64,000 bases of DNA from Capsulimonadaceae bacterium (GCA_965215505.1 OZ244065.1:1728001-1792000), one strand, 5' to 3'; positions 30,875 through 40,802 are shown, counted from the first letter of the stretch. Made by a program: numbers and translations. Notes: generated by a model not told the origin, from the sequence alone.

Positions 30875-32742
30875 GGTCGCGTGAGTGTTACCGGCGTCAG
30901 CGCCCCCGAGGAGGCGCGCACCGAGCCGCCTTTATCGGCTGTCCAGGTGATGCCGACGTTGGCGCTGCCGTCAAAGTCGGTCTGTAGAGTGTCCTTGTCA
31001 GCCATGCCGCCGGTGACGGCGAGCGTGACCGGGGCAGCCGCCAGCGGCTTGCCGGAACGGTCGGTGATGCGGACGATGAGCTGATCGCGGTCCGGCAGGC
31101 CGCCGGGGTCGGCGGCGAGGCGGGCCTGAATCGTGTAGGTCGCCGGGGCGGGGGCCGCGCCGATGACGGTCACGGGGGCAGTCAGCAGGTGCCCGCCGTA
31201 CATCGCCGCGACGGTCCCTTTGCCGGGCGCGAGGCTGAGGAGATAGCCCTTCTGGTTGACGAACCCCACCCCGCCCGTCGCCGGCCCCTGCCAGATGATC
31301 GCGGGCGACGCGCCCGACACCAGGCGGTCGCCGTCCTGCACCCGCAGCGGCACGGCGCGGCCCACGGTGATGGGCGTCAGGGGGACGACCAGATGCGCGG
31401 ACGAAGTTTCTTGGCTTGCCTCCGCGTCCGCCGTGACGGCAGGCAGCGCGGGGGCGTCGGGCTGATAGGCGTGGTCGCTGTAGACGAGCAGCATGTCGGC
31501 CACGGGCCGCTCCTCCCCCGCCCCGCTCGGGTTGTTGACCGCCAGCCCGCCGACGGCCATGGCGGTCGAGCCGCCGCCGTCCAGGTTGATCGCGTTCCAG
31601 GCCCCATAGCGTTTGAGGATCAGGGCCATGTCGGTCAGCGACACGCCTTTGGAGAACGCCTGCCGCCCGTCCACCGTCACCAGCAGGAGGTGATGACCGT
31701 CGCGCGTCGTCCCGACGGCCGTGCGCGGGTTCAGGCCATCCGAGAAGCCCGTTTCAAAGCCCTCCGCGATCCAGTCTACCGCGACCTGCCCATTGACGAG
31801 CAGGTGCGGACCGCCGCCGACCGCCTGGGGCACCTGCGCCCAGAGCCAGGCGCTCCGGCTGATGCCCGCGCCGGACCGCGAGGGCAGGTCGCGCCCCGTC
31901 CGGGGCAGGGAAGCGACCTGCACCGCGCGCTCCGTCTCCCCGACGGGTGCGACAGCGAGGACAAAGCTCACCCGGTCGCCGGGGTGCAGGTGCCGCGCCA
32001 GGAAGTCCGCGCTCGTCCCCGGCCCGCCCGAGATGACGACGCCGTCGGTGGGGATCGTCTCCGTTGTGCCCTCAACGACCCGGACGCTCTCCACCTGCCC
32101 GGCCAGCAGTTTGTTCGCCCGGACCGGCAGGTTGACATTCCGCACGACGGCTTCCACGCCGCCGGGTTTGTTGCCGGTAACGGGACCGTACAGGCCGCTG
32201 TAAACGACGGTTTCGTTCTTGGAGACGGGGCGGTTGATGCCGCTGATGTATCCGCGCTGGCCGTCGGACGCCTGCAAGTCGCCCAGGAAGCCTAGGGTGT
32301 CGAACAGGACGCCCTTGCCGTCCGGCGTCACGCCCAGGGTCACGCGCGGGCCGCCCTGCCGGATGCCCAGGAACGGCTCCGAAAACAGCTCACCGTCGCG
32401 GATGCCGACGCCCAAGGGGTCGCCGGTGTAGGGGAAGAAGTCGGCGTTGACGGCGGCGACCGCCCCCCAGCGCCGGGCCAATCGGCTGACGTCCTCGCGC
32501 CCGTGCGTCCCGTCCATGCCGGTGATCTTGTCCTGCCCGATGCCGACGCCGAGCCGGACGCCGGGCGCGGTCAGGTCCACGGAGACGACGTTGATGATGA
32601 GCGGCGTCTTCCGGTCTATTTCCTGCGTCAGCGTCACGCCCGGCGCGAGCCGCTTGACGGTGCTGTCCGCGTGTGCCGTGCCGACGGCGTACAGGGAGAA
32701 GCCGAGGAGCAGCGCGAGGGTTCGTTTCGACAAATTATGCAT
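30871..32742 (-). CDS. Secreted phosphodiester glycosidase (NAGPA/DUF2233) family protein
   Basis: Signal peptide; AVNADFF, GGGPHL, PRTAVG, VTVDGRQ..S.G, AINLDGGGST; C-terminal Ig-like region. Confidence 0.88.
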   Translation of the reverse strand: MHNLSKRTLALLLGFSLYAVGTAHADSTVKRLAPGVTLTQEIDRKTPLIINVVSVDLTAPGVRLGVGIGQDKITGMDGTHGREDVSRLARRWGAVAAVNADFFPYTGDPLGVGIRDGELFSEPFLGIRQGGPRVTLGVTPDGKGVLFDTLGFLGDLQASDGQRGYISGINRPVSKNETVVYSGLYGPVTGNKPGGVEAVVRNVNLPVRANKLLAGQVESVRVVEGTTETIPTDGVVISGGPGTSADFLARHLHPGDRVSFVLAVAPVGETERAVQVASLPRTGRDLPSRSGAGISRSAWLWAQVPQAVGGGPHLLVNGQVAVDWIAEGFETGFSDGLNPRTAVGTTRDGHHLLLVTVDGRQAFSKGVSLTDMALILKRYGAWNAINLDGGGSTAMAVGGLAVNNPSGAGEERPVADMLLVYSDHAYQPDAPALPAVTADAEASQETSSAHLVVPLTPITVGRAVPLRVQDGDRLVSGASPAIIWQGPATGGVGFVNQKGYLLSLAPGKGTVAAMYGGHLLTAPVTVIGAAPAPATYTIQARLAADPGGLPDRDQLIVRITDRSGKPLAAAPVTLAVTGGMADKDTLQTDFDGSANVGITWTADKGGSVRASSGALTPVTLTRP

Positions 32743-32795
32743 ACATAAATGACGGCAGGACCCCGCACGGATGTTCCGGCGTCTGCCTGCCGTCA

Positions 32796-33014
32796 TTATA
32801 CCTCAGCGCCCATGCTCGCCAGCAGGGCGCGCGTCTCGTCCCTCAATATTCGCGTCTCGGCTTTCAGTCGCTCTATCTCAGCTCGGTCGCTCCCGACGCG
32901 GTCCCGACTCATCCGCTCGTGGATGCTTTCCATCTCCGCAATCAGCCCTTCAAAGGTAGCCTCATACTCCGCCGCTGTTTGCGGATCGGACTGTGCCGAG
33001 GCGGTGTCTGTCAT
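32796..33014 (-). CDS. Small coiled-coil hypothetical protein
   Basis: 72 aa from ATG 33014 with GGGAG RBS; EIERLKAETR. Confidence 0.6.
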   Translation of the reverse strand: MTDTASAQSDPQTAAEYEATFEGLIAEMESIHERMSRDRVGSDRAEIERLKAETRILRDETRALLASMGAEV

Positions 33015-33385
33015 GTCGCTTTTCTCCCTTCGACTTCGGGATAGGGTTTGCTTGCACTCGCTGTGCGTGACGGGGGCACCGGGCGCAAAGGAACACCCGC
33101 AGATAGTCCGGCACCTCCTTCTCCGCCCTGTCCCTTTCGTGTTGGTGACTGATTGGACTGCCAGCGCGTCTGCTGACGGGGAAGCATGACAGGCACAAGA
33201 ACGTACCACACCAGCACGGCGAGCAAGATGAGTGCGGCCAAGAACCAACTATGTCTCCATAGCGCCACGCCGATTGCCAGCAGTATAAGAGCGGTCACAC
33301 GGGGTACACTTTGTAGGTACTGTTCCGAGTTGATAGGCGGGTATGTCGGCAACGTCATCCTGTCCCACCACTGGCGCAGTTTCAT
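33011..33385 (-). CDS. Small membrane hypothetical protein
   Basis: GGAGG RBS, two TM helices, TATAAT upstream (~33425-33430). Confidence 0.6.
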   Translation of the reverse strand: MKLRQWWDRMTLPTYPPINSEQYLQSVPRVTALILLAIGVALWRHSWFLAALILLAVLVWYVLVPVMLPRQQTRWQSNQSPTRKGQGGEGGAGLSAGVPLRPVPPSRTASASKPYPEVEGRKAT

Positions 33386-33835
33386 CTTTCCTCCCTCGAA
33401 TCAAAGCCTTTCCTGTTGCGGATATTATACCGCAATGCCACGCCCCTGTCGCTTGCGGTCAAGTCTAAGGCAACACGCCTCAGGTGGGCCGTTTTTACGG
33501 AGGAGTGCTAACACATCTTGCATGGCCCCGAGGCATCAAGTTCTCCTCGAAACGGGTTCTTGGCATCATAGGGGGAGCGGAAGAACGGAGAGGGGTCTAC
33601 TTCCTCCAAGGCATGGCGCCCCGTCAGGGCCTTCAGAGCGCGTTCCTGCCGCCTGGGGCATCCCCCGTTCAGGGAGTAGCGCCACAGCACTGCATCACGC
33701 TGATAGCCGACGCCCGCCCGCGCATCGCGAGACTTCAGGCGCTTGTGGAGTTTACGGAGCCGGTGCCGACTTTTCCACCTTGTTTGTAGAGCCATAGTCT
33801 ACCAAGAAGCGAACGGTGCGCCCGTCGCGTCACCC

Positions 33836-34045
33836 CTACTGAGACAGGCCAGCATCCCAGGCGTGGGTCGGGTCAGGGTAGAAGGTGACGGAAACTGGGT
33901 AGGCCGCACCGACGGCGGTGGCTGCCACCACGAGCCCGCCCCCAGGGGCCTGAGCGCGGCTTAACAGGACGTTGATGTTGCTGGTGGCCCCAAAGAGGCC
34001 GGGATCGGTGATCATTCGAGCCGTCTCGATTTTCTCCCATCGCAT
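33836..34045 (-). CDS. Small conserved hypothetical protein
   Basis: AAGGAG RBS; RAQAPGGGLV..TFYPDPTHAW pattern recalled from small bacterial hypotheticals. Confidence 0.6.
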   Translation of the reverse strand: MRWEKIETARMITDPGLFGATSNINVLLSRAQAPGGGLVVAATAVGAAYPVSVTFYPDPTHAWDAGLSQ

Positions 34046-34088
34046 CGCAAGTTTCTCCTTTGTTGTCCGGCACCGCGCGACGATGCGG

Positions 34089-34607
34089 TCACATCTCAGG
34101 CAGAAGGTCCTCGGTCGTGCCGTCTTCGCTCCAGGTCAGCTTGGCGTCTATGAGGTTCGGGGTGACGGCGAGGCGCAGGCTTTGAACGCCGGTCAGCTCG
34201 CTGGAGGTGCCGTCGGCGCGCAGGCCCAGGCCGAGCCACAGGCCCTCGAAGGAGCCGTCTTCCATGCAGGTGACGACCAAGCGGCGGCCACGCGCGATGA
34301 CCTCCACGGTGCCGGGGAAGAGGGTGGCGGAGCGCTGGTCGCGGCTGCCGGAGGGGCCTACCGTGTAGCGGGACAGGACGGCGGCGACGGAGCCGGCCCG
34401 GTTGCCGGCATCGGGCGCGATGATCTCGACGGTCAGGCTCTCCACGTCGCCGGTCGGGACGGGCTGGCCGTTCAGGAAGACGGCCAGGCCGACGGAAGAC
34501 TGGCCGCTGACGATCACCTGGGTGAGACTGCTTTCCATCCGGGCCACCTCGGCGGCGGAGGGGCGGTTAGGGGCGGGCGCGGGGGCGCCGTTGTTGCTGC
34601 CGAACAT
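34089..34607 (-). CDS. Hypothetical protein
   Basis: AGGAGG RBS, strong GC3 bias, 11 nt downstream of the previous gene. Confidence 0.75.
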   Translation of the reverse strand: MFGSNNGAPAPAPNRPSAAEVARMESSLTQVIVSGQSSVGLAVFLNGQPVPTGDVESLTVEIIAPDAGNRAGSVAAVLSRYTVGPSGSRDQRSATLFPGTVEVIARGRRLVVTCMEDGSFEGLWLGLGLRADGTSSELTGVQSLRLAVTPNLIDAKLTWSEDGTTEDLLPEM

Positions 34608-34618
34608 GATTTAGCCTC

Positions 34619-35068
34619 CTAGGCGACGATGGTGTAGGTGATGACCTCGTCGGTCCTGATCCAGTGCGGCTTGTAGACGGTGACGTAGGCTTTGACCACG
34701 TCGTCGAGGGCGTTGATGTTCACATAAACATCTACGACCCGGTCGGTCACGTCCTGGCCGTTGTACCAGACGCGGGTGGCGTTGGGGTCCACCATCGGGT
34801 GGTAGTTCTCCAGCACGACGACGTGGCCGGGGAAGGTCAGGGTGACGCGGCCCGGCAGGATGTCCCAGGCCTGTTCGGGGTCCTGCTGGGGGCGGACGAG
34901 GGCGGTCAGGTCGGTGCCGTCATAGATGCCGCCCCGGATGGGGTTGTCCCACTCGTCGCGCCCGGCGAGGATCTGGACGAAGAGCTGGGCGGCGAGGACT
35001 TCCACGCCGTTGTTGTAGAGCGTCGTGCTGGACCAGTCGCCGCCGGTCTGGAATGCGATGTCGTTCAT
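34619..35068 (-). CDS. Hypothetical protein (beta-rich)
   Basis: Start MNDIAFQTGG at 35068 with AAGGA RBS; GC3 bias. Confidence 0.75.
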   Translation of the reverse strand: MNDIAFQTGGDWSSTTLYNNGVEVLAAQLFVQILAGRDEWDNPIRGGIYDGTDLTALVRPQQDPEQAWDILPGRVTLTFPGHVVVLENYHPMVDPNATRVWYNGQDVTDRVVDVYVNINALDDVVKAYVTVYKPHWIRTDEVITYTIVA

Positions 35069-35106
35069 GGGTTGGTTTCCTTCAAAGGAGGGCGAGCATT
35101 TATAGG

Positions 35107-35133
35107 AGGGCGCACACGCAGGTGCGCCCCTAT
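35107..35133. repeat. GTAG-type REP palindrome, family B (single copy)
   Basis: Reverse strand ATAGGGGCGCACCTGCGTGTGCGCCCT hairpin. Confidence 0.6.
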
Positions 35134-35150
35134 GGGCAATGGGCAGGGGT

Positions 35151-36377
35151 TCAGCGCCGCCGTCCGCCGCCCCCAAAGGAGGATCGGCCGCCCCCGAACG
35201 AGCCGCCGCCCCCGAACGAGGAACGTCCCCCGCCGAAGCCGCCCCCGCCGAAGGAGCCGCCGGAAGACGGGGCCGGGCTGCCGTGAGAACCGCCGCCGAA
35301 CGTCGGACGGCCGCTGAAGCCGCCGCCGCCGAAGGAGGGCCGGCCCGACGTGGTCGGCATCGAGGAGCCGCCGACGGGGAAGGAGCGCCGCCCGCCGCCG
35401 AACGAGCCGCCGAAGCCGGACGGGCCAGAACCGAAGGAGCCTGACGCGCGCGGCGTTCCGCCGCCGAACGCCGGGCGTCCGCCGCTGAAGGAGCCGGAAG
35501 GCCGCCCGCCGAAGGCCGTCCCCGCGCTGCCGAAGGAGCGCCGCCCGAAAGAGCCGCTGCCGCCGCTGTTCCGCCCGAAGGAGCTGCCCCCGAATGACCC
35601 GCGGTTGAACGAGTTCCGGGCGGCCTGGTTGTAGACGGTCCGGTTGACGACCCGCATGGGGGCGTAGCCGGGGTGACCCATGTAGTAGGAGTGGTACGAA
35701 TTCCAGCCGTAGTAGGGCGAGCCGCCGATCAGGAAGTGCAGGCCGAGCATGGGGGCGTAGCCATAGGGGTTGTAGCCCCAATAGCCGCCGTAGTAGGCCA
35801 TGCCGGGATACCAGCCCATCCCGCTGAAGGCCGACCAGCTCGGGGCAAGCCCGACATAGACGGGCTGCGTGTAGGCGTAGTTCTGCGGGAACGGATACCA
35901 GCGCGCGCCCGGCTGGGCGGCGTTGTCAAGGCCCGCGCCCGGCGGGAGGAAGAGCGTCGGGACCTGGCCGTTATTGACGAAGTACATGCCGCCGTTACCC
36001 GACTGGCCGAACTTCATCACATAGAGGTTCTGGTTCGCGAAGGGGACGACGATGGTCCCCTGCGGCGAATAGAGCTGGTAGCCGCCCTGGTCGAAGACGG
36101 CGCGGCTGATCTGCACCTGCTGGTTCACGGGAACCTCGGTCCAGTTGTAGGCCCCGCTCGCGGTGCCGCCCGCGTTCTGATCGTAGCCTGCGGATTGGTT
36201 ATAACCGCCGGGTTGCTGGTTGTAGCCTCCCGGCTGCTGGTTGTAGCCGCCAGGCTGCTGCGAGATGGTCACGGGCGTGGTGGGCGGGGCCATGGTCACG
36301 GGCTGGTTGCTATGTCCGCAGCCGGCGAGCAGCAGGGCCAGGGCAGGAAGGGGGGCTAAGACTGACTTGTTTCGCAT
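35151..36377 (-). CDS. Lipoprotein with QQPGGYN repeats and Gly/Ser/Phe-rich C-terminal tail
   Basis: GGAGGAG RBS, lipobox LAGC, three QQPGGYN units, ~130 aa FGG-rich tail. Confidence 0.8.
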   Translation of the reverse strand: MRNKSVLAPLPALALLLAGCGHSNQPVTMAPPTTPVTISQQPGGYNQQPGGYNQQPGGYNQSAGYDQNAGGTASGAYNWTEVPVNQQVQISRAVFDQGGYQLYSPQGTIVVPFANQNLYVMKFGQSGNGGMYFVNNGQVPTLFLPPGAGLDNAAQPGARWYPFPQNYAYTQPVYVGLAPSWSAFSGMGWYPGMAYYGGYWGYNPYGYAPMLGLHFLIGGSPYYGWNSYHSYYMGHPGYAPMRVVNRTVYNQAARNSFNRGSFGGSSFGRNSGGSGSFGRRSFGSAGTAFGGRPSGSFSGGRPAFGGGTPRASGSFGSGPSGFGGSFGGGRRSFPVGGSSMPTTSGRPSFGGGGFSGRPTFGGGSHGSPAPSSGGSFGGGGFGGGRSSFGGGGSFGGGRSSFGGGGRRR

Positions 36378-36557
36378 GAGGCTCCTCCGCACGAGTAGTG
36401 GTTCGCATTCGTTATGACACGGGGCGCGGAAAAAAGTTGCGTGGGAACACCCGTGCGGTACGATTATGTTCTAGGATTGGGTATTCTTAGGGGACCAATC
36501 TCTTACCCCCATCCTTCTGACGGTCATCGCCGGGCACAGCGATTAGCAAAGGGCATC

Positions 36558-36881
36558 ATGCAAGACTCTCTCGATGTGACCGGCGCGTTCCACCAGCCCC
36601 TGGAAGGCGAGGTGTGTGTTCAGTACATCCGCTGCGGGAAGTCCGGCTGCCGCTGCCAGTCGGGACACCTGCACGGCCCTTACCACTACCGGATCTGGCG
36701 CGAGGGCGCGCAGGTGCGGAAGGTCTACGTCAAGGCCGCCGAGTTGGAGTCTGTCAAAGCGGCCTGCCAGGCCCACAGGGACTTATCCCGCAGCCTGCGG
36801 GACGTGAAACAGGCGCGGATGCGCCTCACGCAGAGCATCCTGAAGGAGTGGCGTCAGACGCAGCGCTACCTCGGGAAGTGA
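36558..36881 (+). CDS. DUF6788-like zinc-binding protein
   Basis: RCGKSGCRC..G.LHGPY.Y..R..YV motif. Confidence 0.7.
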   Translation: MQDSLDVTGAFHQPLEGEVCVQYIRCGKSGCRCQSGHLHGPYHYRIWREGAQVRKVYVKAAELESVKAACQAHRDLSRSLRDVKQARMRLTQSILKEWRQTQRYLGK

Positions 36882-36894
36882 CGACGTTTTATCC

Positions 36895-36930
36895 AAAGAG
36901 CCTGCCGGACGATCCCGGCAGGCTCTTTTT
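36895..36930. terminator. Intrinsic terminator
   Basis: aaagagcctgccgg-acgatc-ccggcaggctcttttt. Confidence 0.85.
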
Positions 36931-36959
36931 GCGTCTCGCTACTGTTCTCGCCCCCGCGT

Positions 36960-37757
36960 TTAGCGCGCGCCGCAGGCTTGGAGGCAGGCCTGCATGTGGC
37001 CGCGCGCCTCGGCGGCAATCATGGCGCACTGGACGAGGCTGTAGTCTTTGGCACCGATCACTTCCAGGTCCACGGGGCCTCGGTAGCCGCTCTCGTGGAG
37101 GACACGGAGGTAGCCGACGAGGTTGATGTCGCCGCGCCCGTTGGCCTGGTCTTCAGGCTTCCCCGGCCCTTGCTGGCGGCCCTTGCAGTCGCGGATGTGG
37201 ACGTGCTTGACGCGCGTGGCGACGGCGGCGATGGCTTCCACGGGGTCTTCGCCCGCGCGGTAGATGTGGGACGGGTCCATGTCTATGCCGAAGGCGGGGG
37301 AGGAGATGGCGGCCATCAGCCGCAGCGTGGTTGGGGTGTTGTCAATGGCCGCTCCGACGTGGGCCTTGACGCACAGGATCACGCCGTACTTCTCGGCCAT
37401 TGACGCAAGACGGCCCAAGGAATCAATGGACTCTTGCAGGGCGGCCTCGTCGCCGCTTTTGCCGCCCGGCCCGCAGTTGATGAGCGGGATGCCGATGTCG
37501 GCGGCGGCCTGGAACGCGATTTCCATGCGGGCGGGGTCCTGGGAGGGCTGTTCCATCGCCAGCAGTTCCAGGCCGTATTCGGCAGACCAGCGCTTGATGT
37601 CGGGGCCGATCTCGCGCCAGCGGTCGAGGGCGAGGTGGTCGCTCATGCCCTCAATGGCCGAGAGTTCGATGCCGTCGTAGCCCGCGCGGGCGATCTGCTC
37701 GAAGGCGGTCTTCAGGTCAAAGCCGCCGAACAGGACGGAGTTCGCGCCGAGTTTCAT
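36960..37757 (-). CDS. Sugar phosphate isomerase/epimerase (xylose-isomerase-like TIM barrel)
   Basis: GYDGIEL, DMDPSH, HVHIRD, GRGDI, GY.GPVDLE. Confidence 0.85.
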   Translation of the reverse strand: MKLGANSVLFGGFDLKTAFEQIARAGYDGIELSAIEGMSDHLALDRWREIGPDIKRWSAEYGLELLAMEQPSQDPARMEIAFQAAADIGIPLINCGPGGKSGDEAALQESIDSLGRLASMAEKYGVILCVKAHVGAAIDNTPTTLRLMAAISSPAFGIDMDPSHIYRAGEDPVEAIAAVATRVKHVHIRDCKGRQQGPGKPEDQANGRGDINLVGYLRVLHESGYRGPVDLEVIGAKDYSLVQCAMIAAEARGHMQACLQACGAR

Positions 37758-37810
37758 GTTGTTCTCCTGGCTGCGGACGCACTCGGTCCGAGCAGTTTAG
37801 GACGGGTTTG

Positions 37811-37948
37811 GGACGAGTGATTGAAATCACTCGCTCCGGGTGGAAGCGTCCAGGGGACGCGAGAACAGGGATGCCCCTGTCTGCCTAATCCTGATCTTCT
37901 GTCTCCTGGACAGGTCTGGCAGGAGCGAGTGATTTCAATCACTCGTCC
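37811..37948. repeat. REP-like inverted doublet, family A, with perfect 27-bp terminal inverted repeats
   Basis: ggacgagtgattgaaatcactcgctcc (37811-37837) and exact reverse complement (37922-37948). Confidence 0.8.
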
Positions 37949-37978
37949 GAGTGTCGGCTGGACGTGTTCAGACGCCAC

Positions 37979-39013
37979 TCACCCCGGTACCGTCACGATC
38001 TTCCCCGTGTCCAGCGACTCGATGGCGGCTTGCAGCACCCTTTGGGCGGCCAGGCCGTCCGCGCCGGAGCCGTCTATGTCGGCGGGGGCGGTGCCCGCCT
38101 CTATCTGCTCCAAGAAGCGGTGCAGGCGGTCCCGGAAAGTGTCCTCGAAGTCCCGGAAGCCGCCGAAGAGGGGGTTGGTGTAGACCCGCTTTTCCAGGTC
38201 CCCGGCGGGGTACAGGGTCGCCTCCCGGTACATGTCGTCAATGACGAGCCGGCCCGCCGTGCCGGCGACCTCGCAGCGCTCCATCGGGTGGCCACGCTCG
38301 ATGTCATAGGAGCCGGTCAGGCCGCCGACGACGCCGTTCTTGAAGCGCAGGCTGAAATGGGCCGTCGTCCAGATGGTCCGGCCCGGCGACTTGGTCGCGA
38401 AGCACTGCACGGCCTCCACGTCGCCGCAGAAGTGGCGCATGACGTCTATGGTATGGGGGTGGAGCGCCTTGATCTGGAAGTAGGGCGAGCTTTCGACGGG
38501 GTTCTTGATCCACATGCTCATGTTGACGAACAGCAGATGCCCCAGCCTGCCCTCGTCCTGCCACCGTTTCGCGATCCGGGCGGCGGGTGTGAAGCGGTGG
38601 TTGAGGTTGATGCCGTAGCACAGGCCCTTCTGCCGGGCTGATGCAACCATCTCCTCGGCGCGGCCGATGTCGTTGCAGATGGGCTTCTCGCCCAAAACAT
38701 GGCACCCGGCCTCCAGGGCCTGCATCGTCGGCTCATAGTGGTCGCTGCCGTACTCATAGCCGCCCGTGGTGACGCTGCATATGTCGGGCCGCACGGCGGC
38801 CAGCATGGCGGGGACGCTGCCGAAGGCGGACACACCGAGGCGGGCGGCGGGGACGCTGCCGAAGGCGGACACACCGAGGCGGGCGGCGGTGCGGTCCGCC
38901 CGGTCTTTATCAATGTCGCAGACGCCGACAAGCTCGGCGAGGGGATCGGCGGAGTAGAGGTCGGCGTGGCGGTTGCCGATTGGCCCCAGGCCGATCACGC
39001 AGACCCTCAGCAT
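37979..39013 (-). CDS. Gfo/Idh/MocA family oxidoreductase
   Basis: GLGPIG..H, EKPI, NHRF, HPHTID. Confidence 0.9.
   Translation of the reverse strand: MLRVCVIGLGPIGNRHADLYSADPLAELVGVCDIDKDRADRTAARLGVSAFGSVPAARLGVSAFGSVPAMLAAVRPDICSVTTGGYEYGSDHYEPTMQALEAGCHVLGEKPICNDIGRAEEMVASARQKGLCYGINLNHRFTPAARIAKRWQDEGRLGHLLFVNMSMWIKNPVESSPYFQIKALHPHTIDVMRHFCGDVEAVQCFATKSPGRTIWTTAHFSLRFKNGVVGGLTGSYDIERGHPMERCEVAGTAGRLVIDDMYREATLYPAGDLEKRVYTNPLFGGFRDFEDTFRDRLHRFLEQIEAGTAPADIDGSGADGLAAQRVLQAAIESLDTGKIVTVPG
38807..38889. repeat. Perfect in-frame 39-bp tandem duplication
   Basis: ggcggggacgctgccgaaggcggacacaccgaggcgggc x2, encoding AARLGVSAFGSVP twice. Confidence 0.95.
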
Positions 39014-39750
39014 GGCGCGTCTCCCTCCGCAGGGATCTCGTAGCCGTACTCGCGCATGGCCGGCCCGAAGAAGTCGAAGTAGTTAACGCCGTGGTCGGTC
39101 TTCCAGCGGTTCACGGCCTCGGGCTTGACGGGGATGGTGACGAGAGAGAGGCCCAAGAACTCTTCCAATCGGGCCAGTGTCGCGGCCTGATCCAAGACGA
39201 AGTCCTCAAAGCGGACCTCGATCCAGTGGGCAGGCTTGGGGGTGGCGCGGACCAGGTCGTGCTGGTACTTCCACGAGATGGCCCGGCGGCGGCGCTCGTC
39301 CTCGGTCGGCGGGTAGGCGATGCCGAACTTGGTGAGGTCGTCGGTCAGGTGTTCGCCCAGGATGCAGTCGCGCGGGTTGCGGACCCAGAAGACGTAGTTG
39401 ATGTCTGGGAAGAGGCGCACGATCCAAGGAAAAACGAGAGTCGTCTCGGGGATCTTCCAGCCCTTGTCGGTCGCCACGCTTTCCTGCACGGAGGCGAGGT
39501 AGGAGTGAAGGAGCCGGGTGAACTCGTCGGGGATGTCCATGGAGTGCAGGGCGCTCCAGTCCCATTCCAGGCCGCCGCGCCACTCGACGGAGCGGGCGAA
39601 CACGCGGCAGGCTTCGTACATGTCGTCCGGCGGCAGGAGATCCCCGGAGCCATTCAGCGGGGCACCCATGAAGACGCCGCTGGCGGAGAGCGTGTGCGAG
39701 ATGGCGCGCGTCCCCGAGTGGCCGCGCCCGATGATGGTCACCATCGTCAT
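39007..39750 (-). CDS. Sulfotransferase family protein
   Basis: IIGRGHSGT P-loop, GWKIP, VRNPRD, VRFEDF..FLG, YGY end. Confidence 0.8.
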   Translation of the reverse strand: MTMVTIIGRGHSGTRAISHTLSASGVFMGAPLNGSGDLLPPDDMYEACRVFARSVEWRGGLEWDWSALHSMDIPDEFTRLLHSYLASVQESVATDKGWKIPETTLVFPWIVRLFPDINYVFWVRNPRDCILGEHLTDDLTKFGIAYPPTEDERRRRAISWKYQHDLVRATPKPAHWIEVRFEDFVLDQAATLARLEEFLGLSLVTIPVKPEAVNRWKTDHGVNYFDFFGPAMREYGYEIPAEGDAPC

Positions 39751-39787
39751 GCTAAAGACTTTCTTGCTTGAGGCTTCCTGGGTGTGG

Positions 39788-40792
39788 CTAGAGCGTTACC
39801 ACGGCCCCGGTTTCCCAGGACTCGATGACCGCCTCGATGATGCGCTGGACGTGCAAGGCGTCCGCCCCGGAGGCGTCTATTTGGTCGGGCGCGGCTTGGG
39901 CGACGTTCTGGTCCACCCATGCCCCGATGCGGGCGGCGAACGTTTCATTGAAGTTCATCATGCCGCCGAGATAGTCATACGTCTCGGTCTGCCGCGAGAA
40001 GCGCGGGTAGAAGTGTAGGTGTTCGCAGGCGTCTTCCAGGACGAAGCGCGCCTCCGACCCGACCACTTCCAGCGTTTCCAAGCCGTAGCTGCCCCCGGCG
40101 TCGTAGGAGCCGGTGAGGTGGCCGATGATGCCGTTCTTGAAGAGCAGGTTGACCTGGACATTGGACCAGCAGACGCGGCGGCCGTCGGGGCCGTCCGGGC
40201 GCAGGCCGCGCTTGAAGAAGGCCTGGACCTTGTCCACGTCGCCGCCGTAGTAGCGCATGACGTCCAGCGAGTGCGGGTGCAGGGCGCGGATGTGGAACCA
40301 GGGGGACGACTCGTTCGGGTTGTTGATCCACATGGTCATGTTGATGATGTTGATCTCGCCGAGCCGGCCCGCCTCCACCCACTCCTTCGCCTTCAGCGCG
40401 GCGGGGGTGAAGCGGTGGTTGAGGTTGACCCCATAGCGCAGGTTTTTCTCATGTGCCAGGGCGACCATTTCTGCCGCCTTGCCGACGTCGTTGGAGATCG
40501 GCTTTTCGCCCAGGACGGGGATGCCCGCGCCCAAAAGCTCCATCGTCGGCGCGTAGTGGTCCCCGCCGTTTTCCACTCCCGCCGAGCAGACGCTGGCCGC
40601 GTCGATTTTGATGCCGCTTGCCAGCATGTCCGCCACGGTGTAGAAGGCGGGGCAGCCGTACCGGGCCGCGCCCTTGTCAGCGCGATCCTGGAGGAGGTCG
40701 CAGACGGCAACGATGTCTGTGGCCGGGTTCTTCTCGTAGACCCCGCCGTGGGTATTTCCGATTCCGCCCAATCCTACGATAGCAACATTCAT
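39788..40792 (-). CDS. Gfo/Idh/MocA family oxidoreductase (paralog of 37979..39013)
   Basis: GLGGIG..H, EKPI, NLNHRFTPAA, HPHSLD; start ATG 40792. Confidence 0.9.
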   Translation of the reverse strand: MNVAIVGLGGIGNTHGGVYEKNPATDIVAVCDLLQDRADKGAARYGCPAFYTVADMLASGIKIDAASVCSAGVENGGDHYAPTMELLGAGIPVLGEKPISNDVGKAAEMVALAHEKNLRYGVNLNHRFTPAALKAKEWVEAGRLGEINIINMTMWINNPNESSPWFHIRALHPHSLDVMRYYGGDVDKVQAFFKRGLRPDGPDGRRVCWSNVQVNLLFKNGIIGHLTGSYDAGGSYGLETLEVVGSEARFVLEDACEHLHFYPRFSRQTETYDYLGGMMNFNETFAARIGAWVDQNVAQAAPDQIDASGADALHVQRIIEAVIESWETGAVVTL

Positions 40793-40802
40793 AGTGACCC
40801 TT

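Noticed and set aside
33484..33797. Overlapping ORFs on both strands
   Set aside because: No convincing start context, codon bias or motif; cannot choose a real gene.
36558..36881. IS element around the DUF6788-like gene
   Set aside because: No transposase, terminal inverted repeats or target duplication seen.
37811..37948. ATTGAAAT motif resembling CRISPR repeat ends
   Set aside because: Copies are inverted and isolated, not direct repeats with spacers.
37754..37978. 74 aa ORF bridging the oxidoreductase and isomerase genes
   Set aside because: Consists mostly of the palindromic repeat element; likely spurious.
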